Positions 33,099-43,906 of a stretch of DNA of 64,000 bases are shown here, one piece after another. Under the pieces are notes generated by a model. That model did not search any database. It was not told the DNA's origin and was given only the letters and a program-made list of their open reading frames with translations. Source of the stretch: Escherichia coli (GTDB lineage: Bacteria > Pseudomonadota > Gammaproteobacteria > Enterobacterales > Enterobacteriaceae); assembly GCF_044324875.1 (NCBI RefSeq), contig NZ_CP172185.1; one strand, given 5' to 3'. The translations under genes were made by a program, and so were the position numbers. Within the stretch, counting starts at the first letter, position 1. Every line of letters starts with the position of its first letter.

Positions 33099-35750
33099 AT
33101 GAACGAACAATATTCCGCATTGCGTAGTAATGTCAGTATGCTCGGCAAAGTGCTGGGAGAAACCATCAAGGATGCGTTGGGAGAACACATTCTTGAACGC
33201 GTAGAAACTATCCGTAAGTTGTCCAAATCTTCACGCGCTGGCAATGATGCTAACCGCCAGGAGTTGCTCACCACCTTACAAAATTTGTCGAACGACGAGC
33301 TGCTGCCCGTTGCGCGTGCGTTTAGTCAGTTTCTGAACCTGGCCAACACCGCCGAGCAATACCACAGCATTTCGCCGAAAGGCGAAGCTGCCAGCAACCC
33401 GGAAGTGATCGCCCGCACCCTGCGCAAACTGAAAAACCAGCCGGAACTGAGCGAAGACACCATCAAAAAAGCAGTGGAATCGCTGTCGCTGGAACTGGTC
33501 CTCACGGCTCACCCAACCGAAATTACCCGTCGTACACTGATCCACAAAATGGTGGAAGTGAACGCCTGTTTAAAACAGCTCGATAACAAAGATATCGCTG
33601 ACTACGAACACAACCAGCTGATGCGCCGCCTGCGCCAGTTGATCGCCCAGTCATGGCATACCGATGAAATCCGTAAGCTGCGTCCAAGCCCGGTAGATGA
33701 AGCCAAATGGGGCTTTGCCGTAGTAGAAAACAGCCTGTGGCAAGGCGTACCGAATTACCTGCGCGAACTGAACGAACAACTGGAAGAGAATCTCGGCTAC
33801 AAACTGCCCGTCGAATTTGTTCCGGTCCGTTTTACCTCGTGGATGGGCGGTGACCGCGACGGCAACCCGAACGTCACTGCCGATATCACCCGCCACGTCC
33901 TGCTGCTCAGTCGCTGGAAAGCCACCGATCTGTTCCTGAAAGATATTCAGGTGCTGGTTTCTGAACTGTCGATGGTTGAAGCAACCCCTGAACTGCTGGC
34001 GCTGGTCGGCGAAGAAGGTGCCGCAGAGCCGTATCGCTATCTGATGAAAAACCTGCGTTCTCGCCTGATGGCGACACAGGCATGGCTGGAAGCGCGCCTG
34101 AAAGGCGAAGAACTGCCAAAACCAGAAGGCCTGCTGACACAAAACGAAGAACTGTGGGAACCGCTCTACGCTTGCTACCAGTCCCTTCAGGCATGTGGCA
34201 TGGGTATTATCGCCAACGGCGATCTGCTCGACACCCTGCGCCGCGTGAAATGTTTCGGCGTACCGCTGGTCCGTATTGATATCCGTCAGGAGAGCACCCG
34301 CCATACCGAAGCATTGGGCGAGCTGACCCGCTACCTCGGTATCGGCGACTACGAAAGCTGGTCAGAGGCCGACAAACAGGCGTTCCTGATCCGCGAACTG
34401 AATTCCAAACGTCCGCTTCTGCCGCGCAACTGGCAACCAAGCGCCGAAACGCGCGAAGTGCTCGATACCTGCCAGGTGATTGCCGAAGCGCCGCAAGGCT
34501 CCATTGCCGCCTACGTGATCTCGATGGCGAAAACGCCGTCCGACGTGCTGGCTGTCCACCTGCTGCTGAAAGAAGCGGGTATCGGGTTTGCGATGCCGGT
34601 TGCTCCGCTGTTTGAAACTCTCGATGACCTGAACAACGCCAACGATGTCATGACCCAGCTGCTGAATATCGACTGGTATCGCGGCCTGATTCAGGGCAAA
34701 CAGATGGTGATGATTGGCTATTCCGACTCAGCAAAAGATGCGGGCGTGATGGCGGCTTCCTGGGCGCAATATCAGGCACAGGATGCATTAATCAAAACCT
34801 GCGAAAAAGCGGGTATTGAACTGACGTTGTTCCACGGTCGCGGCGGTTCCATTGGTCGTGGCGGCGCACCTGCTCATGCGGCGCTGCTGTCACAACCGCC
34901 AGGAAGCCTGAAAGGCGGCCTGCGCGTGACTGAACAGGGCGAGATGATCCGCTTTAAATATGGTCTGCCAGAAATCACCGTCAGCAGCCTGTCGCTGTAC
35001 ACTGGGGCGATTCTGGAAGCCAACCTGCTGCCACCGCCTGAGCCGAAAGAGAGCTGGCGTCGCATTATGGATGAACTGTCAGTCATCTCCTGCGATCTCT
35101 ACCGTGGCTACGTACGTGAAAACAAAGATTTTGTGCCTTACTTCCGCTCCGCTACGCCGGAACAAGAATTGGGTAAACTGCCGTTGGGTTCACGTCCGGC
35201 GAAACGTCGCCCGACCGGCGGCGTCGAGTCGCTGCGCGCCATTCCGTGGATTTTTGCATGGACGCAAAACCGCCTGATGCTCCCCGCCTGGCTGGGTGCA
35301 GGTACGGCGCTGCAAAAAGTGGTCGAAGATGGCAAACAGAGCGAGCTGGAGGCTATGTGCCGCGATTGGCCATTCTTCTCGACGCGTCTCGGCATGCTGG
35401 AGATGGTCTTCGCCAAAGCAGACCTGTGGCTGGCGGAATACTATGACCAACGCCTGGTAGACAAAGCACTGTGGCCGTTAGGTAAAGAGTTACGCAATCT
35501 GCAAGAAGAAGACATCAAAGTGGTGCTGGCGATTGCCAACGATTCCCATCTGATGGCCGATCTGCCGTGGATTGCAGAGTCTATTCAGCTACGGAATATT
35601 TACACCGACCCGCTGAACGTATTGCAGGCCGAGTTGCTGCACCGCTCCCGCCAGGCAGAAAAAGAAGGCCATGAGCCGGATCCTCGCGTCGAGCAGGCGT
35701 TAATGGTCACTATTGCCGGGATTGCGGCAGGTATGCGTAATACCGGCTAA
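33099..35750 (+). CDS. ppc: Phosphoenolpyruvate carboxylase
   Basis: ORF translation [93 protein letters not shown]...IAAGMRNTG, 883 aa. Confidence 0.97.
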   Translation: MNEQYSALRSNVSMLGKVLGETIKDALGEHILERVETIRKLSKSSRAGNDANRQELLTTLQNLSNDELLPVARAFSQFLNLANTAEQYHSISPKGEAASNPEVIARTLRKLKNQPELSEDTIKKAVESLSLELVLTAHPTEITRRTLIHKMVEVNACLKQLDNKDIADYEHNQLMRRLRQLIAQSWHTDEIRKLRPSPVDEAKWGFAVVENSLWQGVPNYLRELNEQLEENLGYKLPVEFVPVRFTSWMGGDRDGNPNVTADITRHVLLLSRWKATDLFLKDIQVLVSELSMVEATPELLALVGEEGAAEPYRYLMKNLRSRLMATQAWLEARLKGEELPKPEGLLTQNEELWEPLYACYQSLQACGMGIIANGDLLDTLRRVKCFGVPLVRIDIRQESTRHTEALGELTRYLGIGDYESWSEADKQAFLIRELNSKRPLLPRNWQPSAETREVLDTCQVIAEAPQGSIAAYVISMAKTPSDVLAVHLLLKEAGIGFAMPVAPLFETLDDLNNANDVMTQLLNIDWYRGLIQGKQMVMIGYSDSAKDAGVMAASWAQYQAQDALIKTCEKAGIELTLFHGRGGSIGRGGAPAHAALLSQPPGSLKGGLRVTEQGEMIRFKYGLPEITVSSLSLYTGAILEANLLPPPEPKESWRRIMDELSVISCDLYRGYVRENKDFVPYFRSATPEQELGKLPLGSRPAKRRPTGGVESLRAIPWIFAWTQNRLMLPAWLGAGTALQKVVEDGKQSELEAMCRDWPFFSTRLGMLEMVFAKADLWLAEYYDQRLVDKALWPLGKELRNLQEEDIKVVLAIANDSHLMADLPWIAESIQLRNIYTDPLNVLQAELLHRSRQAEKEGHEPDPRVEQALMVTIAGIAAGMRNTG

Positions 35751-35764
35751 TCTTCCTCTCCTGC

Positions 35765-35794
35765 AAACCCTCGTGCTTTTGCGCGAGGGTTTTC
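35765..35794 (+). terminator. ppc intrinsic terminator
   Basis: AAACCCTCGTGCTTTTGCGCGAGGGTTTTCTG hairpin plus T-run right after the ppc stop. Confidence 0.7.
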
Positions 35795-35932
35795 TGAAAT
35801 ACTTCTGTTATAACACCCTCGTTTTCAATATATTTCTGTCTGCATTTTATTCAAATTCTGGATATCCCTTCAGATATCCTTAAGGAATTGTCGGTACATT
35901 CGGCGATATTTTTTTCAAGACAGGTTCTTACT

Positions 35933-37666
35933 ATGCATTCCACAGAAGTCCAGGCTAAACCTCTTTTTAGCTGGAAAGCCCTGGGTTGGGCACTGCTCTA
36001 CTTTTGGTTTTTCTCTACTCTGCTACAGGCCATTATTTACATCAGTGGTTATAGTGGCACTAATGGCATTCGCGACTCGCTGTTATTCAGTTCGCTGTGG
36101 TTGATCCCGGTATTCCTCTTTCCGAAGCGGATTAAAATTATTGCCGCAGTAATCGGCGTGGTGCTATGGGCGGCCTCTCTGGCGGCGCTGTGCTACTACG
36201 TCATCTACGGTCAGGAGTTCTCGCAGAGCGTTCTGTTTGTGATGTTTGAAACCAACACCAACGAAGCCAGCGAGTATTTAAGCCAGTATTTCAGCCTGAA
36301 AATTGTGCTTATCGCGCTGGCCTATACGGCGGTGGCAGTTCTGCTGTGGACACGCCTGCGCCCGGTCTATATTCCAAAGCCGTGGCGTTATGTTGTCTCT
36401 TTTGCCCTGCTTTATGGCTTGATTCTGCATCCGATCGCCATGAATACGTTTATCAAGAACAAGCCGTTTGAGAAAACGTTGGATAACCTGGCATCGCGTA
36501 TGGAGCCTGCCGCACCGTGGCAATTCCTGACCGGCTATTATCAGTATCGTCAGCAACTAAACTCGCTAACAAAGCTACTGAATGAAAATAATGCCTTGCC
36601 GCCGCTGGCTAATTTCAAAGATGAATCGGGTAACGAACCGCGCACCTTAGTGCTGGTAATTGGCGAATCGACCCAGCGTGGACGCATGAGTCTGTACGGT
36701 TATCCGCGTGAAACCACGCCGGAGCTGGATGCACTGCATAAAACCGATCCGAATCTGACCGTGTTTAATAACGTGGTGACGTCTCGTCCGTACACCATTG
36801 AAATCCTGCAACAGGCGCTGACCTTTGCCAATGAAAAGAACCCGGACCTGTACCTGACACAGCCGTCGCTGATGAACATGATGAAACAGGCGGGTTATAA
36901 AACCTTCTGGATCACCAACCAGCAGACGATGACCGCCCGCAATACCATGCTGACGGTATTTTCGCGCCAGACCGACAAGCAGTACTACATGAACCAGCAA
37001 CGTACGCAGAGTGCGCGTGAATACGACACCAACGTGCTGAAGCCGTTCCAGGAAGTGCTGAATGACCCTGCGCCGAAGAAACTGATCATCGTTCATCTGC
37101 TGGGTACGCATATCAAATACAAATACCGCTACCCGGAAAATCAGGGCAAGTTTGATGGCAATACCGATCATGTTCCGCCGGGATTAAACGCGGAAGAGCT
37201 GGAGTCATATAACGATTATGACAACGCTAACCTGTATAACGATCATGTGGTTGCCAGCCTGATTAAAGACTTTAAAGCAGCAGACCCGAACGGTTTCCTG
37301 GTTTACTTCTCTGACCACGGTGAAGAGGTTTACGACACGCCGCCGCACAAAACTCAGGGGCGTAACGAAGACAACCCGACGCGTCATATGTACACCATTC
37401 CGTTCCTGCTGTGGACGTCGGAAAAATGGCAAGCGGCTCATCCGCGTGATTTCTCACAGGATGTTGATCGTAAATACAGCCTTGCGGAACTGATCCACAC
37501 CTGGTCAGATTTGGCGGGCTTATCTTACGACGGTTACGATCCAACCCGTTCAGTGGTGAATCCGCAGTTCAAAGAAACTACCCGCTGGATTGGTAACCCG
37601 TACAAGAAAAACGCGCTGATCGATTACGACACGCTGCCATATGGCGACCAGGTAGGTAATCAGTAA
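35933..37666 (+). CDS. eptC: Phosphoethanolamine transferase (LPS core modification), sulfatase-family inner-membrane enzyme
   Basis: ORF 35888..37666 contains MHSTEVQAKPLFSWKALGWALLYFWFFSTLLQAIIYISGYSGTNGIRDSLLFSSLWLIPVFLFP...; start placed at MHSTEV (577 codons). Confidence 0.93.
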   Translation: MHSTEVQAKPLFSWKALGWALLYFWFFSTLLQAIIYISGYSGTNGIRDSLLFSSLWLIPVFLFPKRIKIIAAVIGVVLWAASLAALCYYVIYGQEFSQSVLFVMFETNTNEASEYLSQYFSLKIVLIALAYTAVAVLLWTRLRPVYIPKPWRYVVSFALLYGLILHPIAMNTFIKNKPFEKTLDNLASRMEPAAPWQFLTGYYQYRQQLNSLTKLLNENNALPPLANFKDESGNEPRTLVLVIGESTQRGRMSLYGYPRETTPELDALHKTDPNLTVFNNVVTSRPYTIEILQQALTFANEKNPDLYLTQPSLMNMMKQAGYKTFWITNQQTMTARNTMLTVFSRQTDKQYYMNQQRTQSAREYDTNVLKPFQEVLNDPAPKKLIIVHLLGTHIKYKYRYPENQGKFDGNTDHVPPGLNAEELESYNDYDNANLYNDHVVASLIKDFKAADPNGFLVYFSDHGEEVYDTPPHKTQGRNEDNPTRHMYTIPFLLWTSEKWQAAHPRDFSQDVDRKYSLAELIHTWSDLAGLSYDGYDPTRSVVNPQFKETTRWIGNPYKKNALIDYDTLPYGDQVGNQ

Positions 37667-37740
37667 ATGACCTTTGTATCGCGTCTGGCGCTATTTGCCG
37701 GATGCGATACTGCCGCAATGTTTACATCGAACTCCCCTCA

Positions 37741-37767
37741 GGCCACACTTTTCAGGTGGCCTTTTTT
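37741..37767 (+). terminator. eptC intrinsic terminator
   Basis: GGCCACACTTTTCAGGTGGCC hairpin followed by TTTTTT. Confidence 0.7.
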
Positions 37768-37814
37768 AATAATGCCAGTTACTGTTTTCCCGTCTACATA
37801 CCTAAGGGAATAAC

Positions 37815-38666
37815 ATGTATCACGACGTCAGCTATCTGCTCTCCCGCCTGATCAACGGCCCGCTGTCCCTGCGCCAGATTTACTTTGCCAGCAGTAACGG
37901 CCCGGTGCCCGATCTTGCGTATCAGGTCGATTTTCCACGGCTGGAAATTGTGCTGGAAGGTGAGTTTGTTGATACCGGTGCTGGAGCAACGTTAGTTCCC
38001 GGCGATGTGCTGTACGTTCCTGCTGGTGGCTGGAATTTTCCACAATGGCAAGCCCCCGCCACTACCTTTAGCGTGCTGTTTGGCAAACAGCAACTCGGCT
38101 TCAGCGTCGTGCAATGGGATGGCAAACAATATCAAAATCTGGCGAAGCAACACGTCGCCCGGCGCGGCCCACGCATAGGTTCTTTTCTGCTACAAACGCT
38201 CAATGAAATGCAAATGCAGCCGCAGGAGCAGCAAACGGCAAGGCTTATCGTCGCCAGCCTGCTTAGCCACTGCCGCGATTTGCTCGGCAGCCAAATCCAG
38301 ACCGCCTCACGCAGCCAGGCACTATTTGAAGCTATTCGCGATTATATCGACGAACGCTATGCCTCCGCGCTTACCCGCGAATCTGTTGCACAGGCGTTTT
38401 ATATTTCACCAAATTACCTCTCGCACCTGTTTCAAAAAACGGGGGCCATTGGTTTTAACGAATACCTGAATCACACGCGACTGGAGCACGCTAAGACGTT
38501 ATTGAAAGGCTATGACCTGAAGGTAAAAGAAGTGGCGCACGCCTGCGGCTTTGTCGACAGCAACTACTTCTGCCGTCTGTTTCGTAAAAATACCGAACGC
38601 TCACCGTCGGAATATCGTCGGCAGTACCACAGCCAACTGACAGAAAAACCGACTACTCCAGAATGA
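37815..38666 (+). CDS. yijO: AraC/XylS-family transcriptional regulator
   Basis: ORF translation MYHDVSYLLSRLINGPLSLRQIYFASSNGPVPDLAYQVDFPRLEIVLEGEFVDTGAGATLVPGDVLYVPAGGWNFPQW..., 283 aa with C-terminal helix-turn-helix region (…CGFVDSNYFCRLFRKNTERSPSEYRRQ). Confidence 0.9.
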   Translation: MYHDVSYLLSRLINGPLSLRQIYFASSNGPVPDLAYQVDFPRLEIVLEGEFVDTGAGATLVPGDVLYVPAGGWNFPQWQAPATTFSVLFGKQQLGFSVVQWDGKQYQNLAKQHVARRGPRIGSFLLQTLNEMQMQPQEQQTARLIVASLLSHCRDLLGSQIQTASRSQALFEAIRDYIDERYASALTRESVAQAFYISPNYLSHLFQKTGAIGFNEYLNHTRLEHAKTLLKGYDLKVKEVAHACGFVDSNYFCRLFRKNTERSPSEYRRQYHSQLTEKPTTPE

Positions 38667-38994
38667 GATGGGTTTGCTGCGGCGCAGAAAGCACTTTGCG
38701 CACCGCGCTCATCACCCGCTGCGGCTCACGCAGGAATGCGTAGATGCTGCATTGCACATAGCGGCAATGGTCAAATCGCTCAGCACCGGCAAGCTCGATA
38801 TCCGTAATTAACAGAGCAACATCCGCCCGACGGATATCCTCGTCCGCTAAACGATTCTCCGTTCCCAGCGCGCCCTGAGTTTCAATGCTGACGCCCCGCT
38901 TCTCTAACAGGCACAACTTTTCCAGCCGTTCCGCCGCCATATAAGTATGCGCCACGCCGCTTACGCAGGCGGTTACTGCCACCAGGTATGCCAT
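38653..38994 (-). CDS. frwD: PTS fructose-like EIIB component
   Basis: ORF 38653..39057 contains MAYLVAVTACVSGVAHTYMAAERLEKLCLLEKRGVSIETQGALGTENRLADEDIRRADVALLITDIELAG...; start placed at MAYLVAV (113 codons). Confidence 0.9.
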   Translation of the reverse strand: MAYLVAVTACVSGVAHTYMAAERLEKLCLLEKRGVSIETQGALGTENRLADEDIRRADVALLITDIELAGAERFDHCRYVQCSIYAFLREPQRVMSAVRKVLSAPQQTHLILE

Positions 38995-38995
38995 T

Positions 38996-39874
38996 TTAAC
39001 CTCCCACGGTAACCTGAAATCCGGCCCGCTCTGCCATTTCACGCATCGTTGCCACATCGACTGACGACGGCGCAGGCACCTCTTTCATCGACCATGTTTT
39101 CCCCAGCAGGCGGTATTTCGGTTCGCCGTACTGATGAAACGGTAACAGATGGATCTGCCTGATATTCAGCGGGATCAGCACGTCCAGCGCCTGCTGCATA
39201 TTCTCCCGGCTGAGCGTGAAACCAGGGATCAGCGGTAAACGCGGGATCACGTTGACGCCCTCACTCACCAGCAAACGCAGATTCTCCAGCACGCGTGGCA
39301 GGTTCATCTTCACCACATCCCGCGCCTGAGTCGCGTCCATAATTTTTAAATCGAACAACACTTCATCGCACAATTTCGCCAGCGGTAACAGCTTGCTAGC
39401 TGGCGCGTCTCCGGCAGTTTCAATGGCGCATGACACGCCCCACAACCGCAGCCGCTGTAAAAAACGGGTAGCAAACTCCGCCTGCATTAACACTTCGCCG
39501 CCAGAAAGCGTGACGCCGCCGCCGGACGTGCGAAAGAAAATGTCATCTTTCATCACTTCCCGTTCCAGCGCGTCAAGGCTGATATCGCGGCCAATCCGTT
39601 CAAACGCCCCGGAGGGGCATTCATCCGCATCACGCAAACATTTCGCACAGTGCAGACATTTCGCCTCTCTGCGTACCGTCTGGATTTTGCCGGAGATCGA
39701 CTCCGGATTAGCACACCATGGGCAAAGATGCGGACAGCCTTTAAAAAAGACCACCGTACGAATGCCCTCGCCGTCATTCAGTGAATAACGCTGAATGTTG
39801 AAAATGCGCGCCACATCATTGCGGCGCGTTTCCACAACGTTACAGCTGATGCGCTGTCCGGCGGATGATGTCAT
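38996..39874 (-). CDS. pflC: Glycyl-radical enzyme activating protein (radical SAM), pyruvate formate-lyase 2 activase
   Basis: ORF 38996..39943 contains MTSSAGQRISCNVVETRRNDVARIFNIQRYSLNDGEGIRTVVFFKGCPHLCPWCANPESI... with the CxxxCxxC radical-SAM motif; start placed at MTSSAG (292 codons), overlapping the pflD 3' end. Confidence 0.9.
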   Translation of the reverse strand: MTSSAGQRISCNVVETRRNDVARIFNIQRYSLNDGEGIRTVVFFKGCPHLCPWCANPESISGKIQTVRREAKCLHCAKCLRDADECPSGAFERIGRDISLDALEREVMKDDIFFRTSGGGVTLSGGEVLMQAEFATRFLQRLRLWGVSCAIETAGDAPASKLLPLAKLCDEVLFDLKIMDATQARDVVKMNLPRVLENLRLLVSEGVNVIPRLPLIPGFTLSRENMQQALDVLIPLNIRQIHLLPFHQYGEPKYRLLGKTWSMKEVPAPSSVDVATMREMAERAGFQVTVGG

Positions 39875-42137
39875 CCTGGATCTCCTTCGACAATTCGACA
39901 AAGAAGGCGCTGTATCCGGCAACGCGCACCACCAGCCCGGCATAATCTTGTGGGCGCTGTTGCGCTTCCCGCAACGTGTCGGCGTTCACCACGTTAAACT
40001 GAATGTGTTGTAACTTAAGCTGGGTAAATGCCCGTAAGAAGTCGGCCAGTTTGCGTAATCCCGCTTCACCTTCCAGGGTCGCCGGAGTGAATTTCACGTT
40101 CAGCAACGTACCGTTAGACAGCAGCGTATTATCGAGCTTACTGACTGACTTCAGTACCGCCGTTGGCCCTTGTGCGTCCTGACCCAGCATAGGTGACAAG
40201 CCGCCGTCTGCCAGTTGTTCCCCGGCAAAACGACCGTCTGGCGTCGCGCCAACCACCGATCCCAACGGGACGTGAGCAGAAACGGTATACGATCCTGGCG
40301 TGAAGTAGCCGCCGCGCGGGTTCTGGTATTTTTCCACTTCTTTGCAGTAGTGGCGTAACAGTTCGGCGCTGATGTTATCCACCTCGTCGATATCGTTACC
40401 GTATTTCTCGAAGCGGTTAATTAAGCGAGCGCGGACTTTTTCGCCTTCTGGCGTTGCGAAGTTGGCTTTTAATACCGACAGCAATTCGTCAAAACTTAAA
40501 CGCTGTTGATCAAAAATCATCCCTTTCAACGCATGGAGAGAATCGCTCAGGTTGGCGATACCGATCCCCTGTACGCCGGAGAAGTTATAACGCGCGCCGC
40601 CATCGGTAATATCGCGACCTTTTTCCAGACAATCGCTGATAAAAGACGAGAGCAGCGGTACAGGTGCCCAGTCGCGATGGCCGATATCACAAATATTGCT
40701 GCCCTCTACCATCAGGGTGATGTAGTGGCTGATCTTGGCGCGGATCTGTTCCAGTAAACCTTCATAAGTCAGCGCAGCGTTACCTTCATTTTCATGCAGG
40801 CAGATTTCCATCACTTTCAGCAGGTTAAACATCGCGATGTCATGCAAGCCGTAGGTTCTGCCGGGAATAGATAATTCCACGCAGCCCACTACGGAATAGT
40901 CGCGCGCATCTTCCAGCGAAACGCCACGGTTGAGGAACGCTGGCACCACCACTTCATCGTTAAAGATTTGCGGAATACCGGTACCGAGGCGAATAGTTTC
41001 TGCGGTTTTCATCAGGAACGGCGTGTCGATCAAGGCGTTAGTGCGCACCCCCAGGTTCGGTTGCGGTAATTGCACACTTTGATAGGCGTCGAGACAGAGG
41101 AACGAAAGTACGTTCACCGCGCTACGTCCGTTCTCGGTTAACCCGCCGAGCAGTGCGGTATAGCCGGTCGGGAAACCGGCGAAATAACGCGCGCTACTGG
41201 TGGAGCGCAACAGCACGATGTCGTTGCATTTCACCCATAAAGATTCGAGCAGTTCTTTCAGGAACGCCGGATCTTCGCCCTGGGTTAATGATGCCTGATA
41301 GAACGGCAACATATACTGGTCGAAGCGCCCTAAAGACAGAGAACTGGCGTTGGATTCGTATTGCAGAATGATGTTCATGTACCAGAATAACTGGCACGCC
41401 TGCCAGAACGTCTGCGGCTTATGTTCGGCGTTATGGCGGGAGATCTCCGCAATAGTCAGCAGTTCTTCGCGACGCTGGGCATCTGTGCAGTTTGCCGCCA
41501 TCGTTTCCGCCAGTTCAGCGTAACGCAGAATGTGTTTCCGCGAGGCTTCCAGCAGTAACAGCGCTGCCTGATAAAAGTGATTCTCCGGCTGTTGCTGACA
41601 ATGTTGCTGCATCTGTGCCACCAGCTCACCCAGCCCGTGATTCAGCAGGCGCGGGTAATCAATAATAATGTGCCCCTGGCCTTTATCCGTCTGGTTGATG
41701 CTGAAAATCTGCGTGCTGGTCGCGGCTTTTACTTCATCCGTCATCTGCCCGTTAATGAAATCTTTCATCGAACGTTTTTCCCAGTACGGGAACAACTCTT
41801 CGCGGTAGATACGTTTATCTTCTTCGCTGATAGCAAAGCGGTCCTGCGGACGCGTCGGGAATTGATCCAGCTCTTTCAGCAGCCAGTAAGGGTCCATTTC
41901 CGGCGACATAATTCCGGCGCGCGGTTTCACCGTACGGTTACCGGCAATCAGTTCTTCATCACGAATCGAAATTTCAACATGTTCAAGGATATGCGCTGTT
42001 GCTTTCGCCCGGCGCAATATCACCGGTTCGCCTTCGGTTTGCCGATGGCTGGCGGTATAAAGCAGCGCCCGCTCCAGCGAGATTTCACGGGTATTGGCAA
42101 ACAGTGCAGTTTTGAGGCGAGAGATACGATTCGTCAT
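39840..42137 (-). CDS. pflD: Glycyl-radical enzyme (formate acetyltransferase 2 / PFL-like), physiological substrate unknown
   Basis: ORF translation MTNRISRLKTALFANTREISLERALLYTASHRQTEGEPVILRRAKATAHILEHVEISIRDEELIAGNRTVKPRAGIMSPEMDPYW...RVAGYSAFFVELSKEIQDDIIRRTAHQL, 765 aa with C-terminal glycyl-radical motif. Confidence 0.95.
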   Translation of the reverse strand: MTNRISRLKTALFANTREISLERALLYTASHRQTEGEPVILRRAKATAHILEHVEISIRDEELIAGNRTVKPRAGIMSPEMDPYWLLKELDQFPTRPQDRFAISEEDKRIYREELFPYWEKRSMKDFINGQMTDEVKAATSTQIFSINQTDKGQGHIIIDYPRLLNHGLGELVAQMQQHCQQQPENHFYQAALLLLEASRKHILRYAELAETMAANCTDAQRREELLTIAEISRHNAEHKPQTFWQACQLFWYMNIILQYESNASSLSLGRFDQYMLPFYQASLTQGEDPAFLKELLESLWVKCNDIVLLRSTSSARYFAGFPTGYTALLGGLTENGRSAVNVLSFLCLDAYQSVQLPQPNLGVRTNALIDTPFLMKTAETIRLGTGIPQIFNDEVVVPAFLNRGVSLEDARDYSVVGCVELSIPGRTYGLHDIAMFNLLKVMEICLHENEGNAALTYEGLLEQIRAKISHYITLMVEGSNICDIGHRDWAPVPLLSSFISDCLEKGRDITDGGARYNFSGVQGIGIANLSDSLHALKGMIFDQQRLSFDELLSVLKANFATPEGEKVRARLINRFEKYGNDIDEVDNISAELLRHYCKEVEKYQNPRGGYFTPGSYTVSAHVPLGSVVGATPDGRFAGEQLADGGLSPMLGQDAQGPTAVLKSVSKLDNTLLSNGTLLNVKFTPATLEGEAGLRKLADFLRAFTQLKLQHIQFNVVNADTLREAQQRPQDYAGLVVRVAGYSAFFVELSKEIQDDIIRRTAHQL

Positions 42138-42187
42138 GAGGAACTCCTGTGGGAAAGCGAACCCGCCCTTACGGGCGGGATAAGAAC

Positions 42188-42508
42188 TTAAGCGGTTTGT
42201 GCCAGGTGAGCTTCAATTTTGCTCATAATGGCATCAGCGCGTTTTACCGCGTCGCTGATGTTGACGCGCACGATGGTCTTGCCAGCAAAACGCTCTTCAA
42301 ACTTGATGCCGATATCTTTGGTCAGAATCACCATATCGGCGCTCGCCACGTCTTCCGCAGTCAGTTCATTTTCCAGACCAATCGAGCCCTGGGTTTCTAC
42401 TTTCACTTCCCAGCCTTTCGCTTTCGCGGCACTTTCCAGCGCCTCTGCCGCCATATAGGTATGGGCAACACCAGATGGACACGCGGTTACTGCAATAATT
42501 TTCGTCAT
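42188..42508 (-). CDS. frwB: PTS fructose-like EIIB component
   Basis: ORF 42188..42577 contains MTKIIAVTACPSGVAHTYMAAEALESAAKAKGWEVKVETQGSIGLENELTAEDVASADMVILTKDIGIKFEERF...; start placed at MTKIIAV (106 codons). Confidence 0.9.
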   Translation of the reverse strand: MTKIIAVTACPSGVAHTYMAAEALESAAKAKGWEVKVETQGSIGLENELTAEDVASADMVILTKDIGIKFEERFAGKTIVRVNISDAVKRADAIMSKIEAHLAQTA

Positions 42509-42518
42509 GGCTCGTTCC

Positions 42519-43598
42519 TCAATTAATTTCAAAATCCAAATCCAGGTCGTCTTCTTTTTCATCAGCCGAAGACCCATTTTTACGCGCCAGACTTTTCAGC
42601 ACGTTCACGCAGACTGCCGTCACAACCGCCCCGACAGCCACTGCTGCGATATAACCCAACTTACCTTCAACCACCGGCAGCACAATCAGACCACCCCAGC
42701 CTGCATAGCATTGCGCACCGACCAGCGCCGCAGTTACTGCACCACAAACTGAACCGACCATGATGGAAGGAATGACACGCAGCGGATCGGCTGCGGCGAA
42801 AGGAATCGCCCCTTCAGTAACGCCAACACACCCCATCACCAGCGCCGCTTTACCGGTTTCGCGCTCTTCTGCGGAGAAATTTTTACGACCAATCAGCGTC
42901 GCCAGCCCCATCCCCAGCGGCGGAACACAAATCCCCACGGCAGCAATGGCCACCACGGTATAAACACCCTGAGCAACGCAAATCAGCATGAAGGCATAGG
43001 CCACTTTGTTAACCGGACCGCCCATATCGAACGCCAGCATCAGACCCATGATCACCGCCAGCATAACAATGCTGCCCTGCTGCATCCCCTGAAGCCACTG
43101 AGTCAGGCTGTTGGTCAATGCCCCCACAGGCTCGCCCAGCCCCCACATCATGATGCCTGCGGTAATCAGTGTGCCGACGATCGGAATGATGAAGATTGGC
43201 ATCACCGAGCGCAGAACTTTATGCACCGGAATTTTCTTCAGGTAATGCACCACGATGCCGCCAATAATCCCGGCGATCAGCGCACCAAAGAAGCCCGCAC
43301 CAAAGCTGTTGCCGACCCAGGCACCGATAGCGCACGGGGCCAGCGCAGAGCGTTCTGCAATGGAATAACCAATGTAAGCAGCGAGGAAAGGCACCATCAG
43401 CGTCAAACCTGCAACGCCGATATCAAACAGTTTTTTCAGATTCGGATCGGCTACGGCATCCGGCACTGCGCCTTTGCCATACAACATGACGGAAACCGCC
43501 AGCAAAATACCGCCCGATACCACGAAGGGAATCATGTGTGAAACGCCCGTCATTAAGTGCTGACGGGTATTTTTCAGGATCTGCACCAACTCATTCAT
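42519..43598 (-). CDS. frwC: PTS fructose-like EIIC permease component
   Basis: ORF 42519..43619 contains MNELVQILKNTRQHLMTGVSHMIPFVVSGGILLAVSVMLYGKGAVPDAVADPNLKKLFDIGVAGLTLMVPFLAAYIGYSIAERS...; multi-pass hydrophobic; start placed at MNELVQ (359 codons). Confidence 0.92.
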   Translation of the reverse strand: MNELVQILKNTRQHLMTGVSHMIPFVVSGGILLAVSVMLYGKGAVPDAVADPNLKKLFDIGVAGLTLMVPFLAAYIGYSIAERSALAPCAIGAWVGNSFGAGFFGALIAGIIGGIVVHYLKKIPVHKVLRSVMPIFIIPIVGTLITAGIMMWGLGEPVGALTNSLTQWLQGMQQGSIVMLAVIMGLMLAFDMGGPVNKVAYAFMLICVAQGVYTVVAIAAVGICVPPLGMGLATLIGRKNFSAEERETGKAALVMGCVGVTEGAIPFAAADPLRVIPSIMVGSVCGAVTAALVGAQCYAGWGGLIVLPVVEGKLGYIAAVAVGAVVTAVCVNVLKSLARKNGSSADEKEDDLDLDFEIN

Positions 43599-43906
43599 AA
43601 GCTGCTCCCGGGCTTGCAAAAGCCCATGTCCATATTTTTGATGGAGGAAACAATAGGCAATCGCAGGCGGAGCAAACAGTGGATAAAAAGGCCATTTACT
43701 GGACTTTTGTAATATCAGTACAAAAATGCGATCCGCCTCATAACTTGCGGCAACCCGGAAGCATGCCGCAAAACGGCGTCTTGTGAGACGCGTCGCAAAT
43801 TGACGGTTACATTACATTTGTCCAGCTTTTGGCAGATTTGTCACATGGCAGGCCGTTGCCGTGCGCTCTTATCCTGTAAACAGAAAACCGTACCGGGAGA
43901 GAGGCA

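Noticed and set aside
37681-37720. REP-like sequence (GCCGGATGCG...) downstream of eptC
   Set aside because: Only a partial match to the REP consensus and no clear palindrome partner; too weak to call as a repeat feature.
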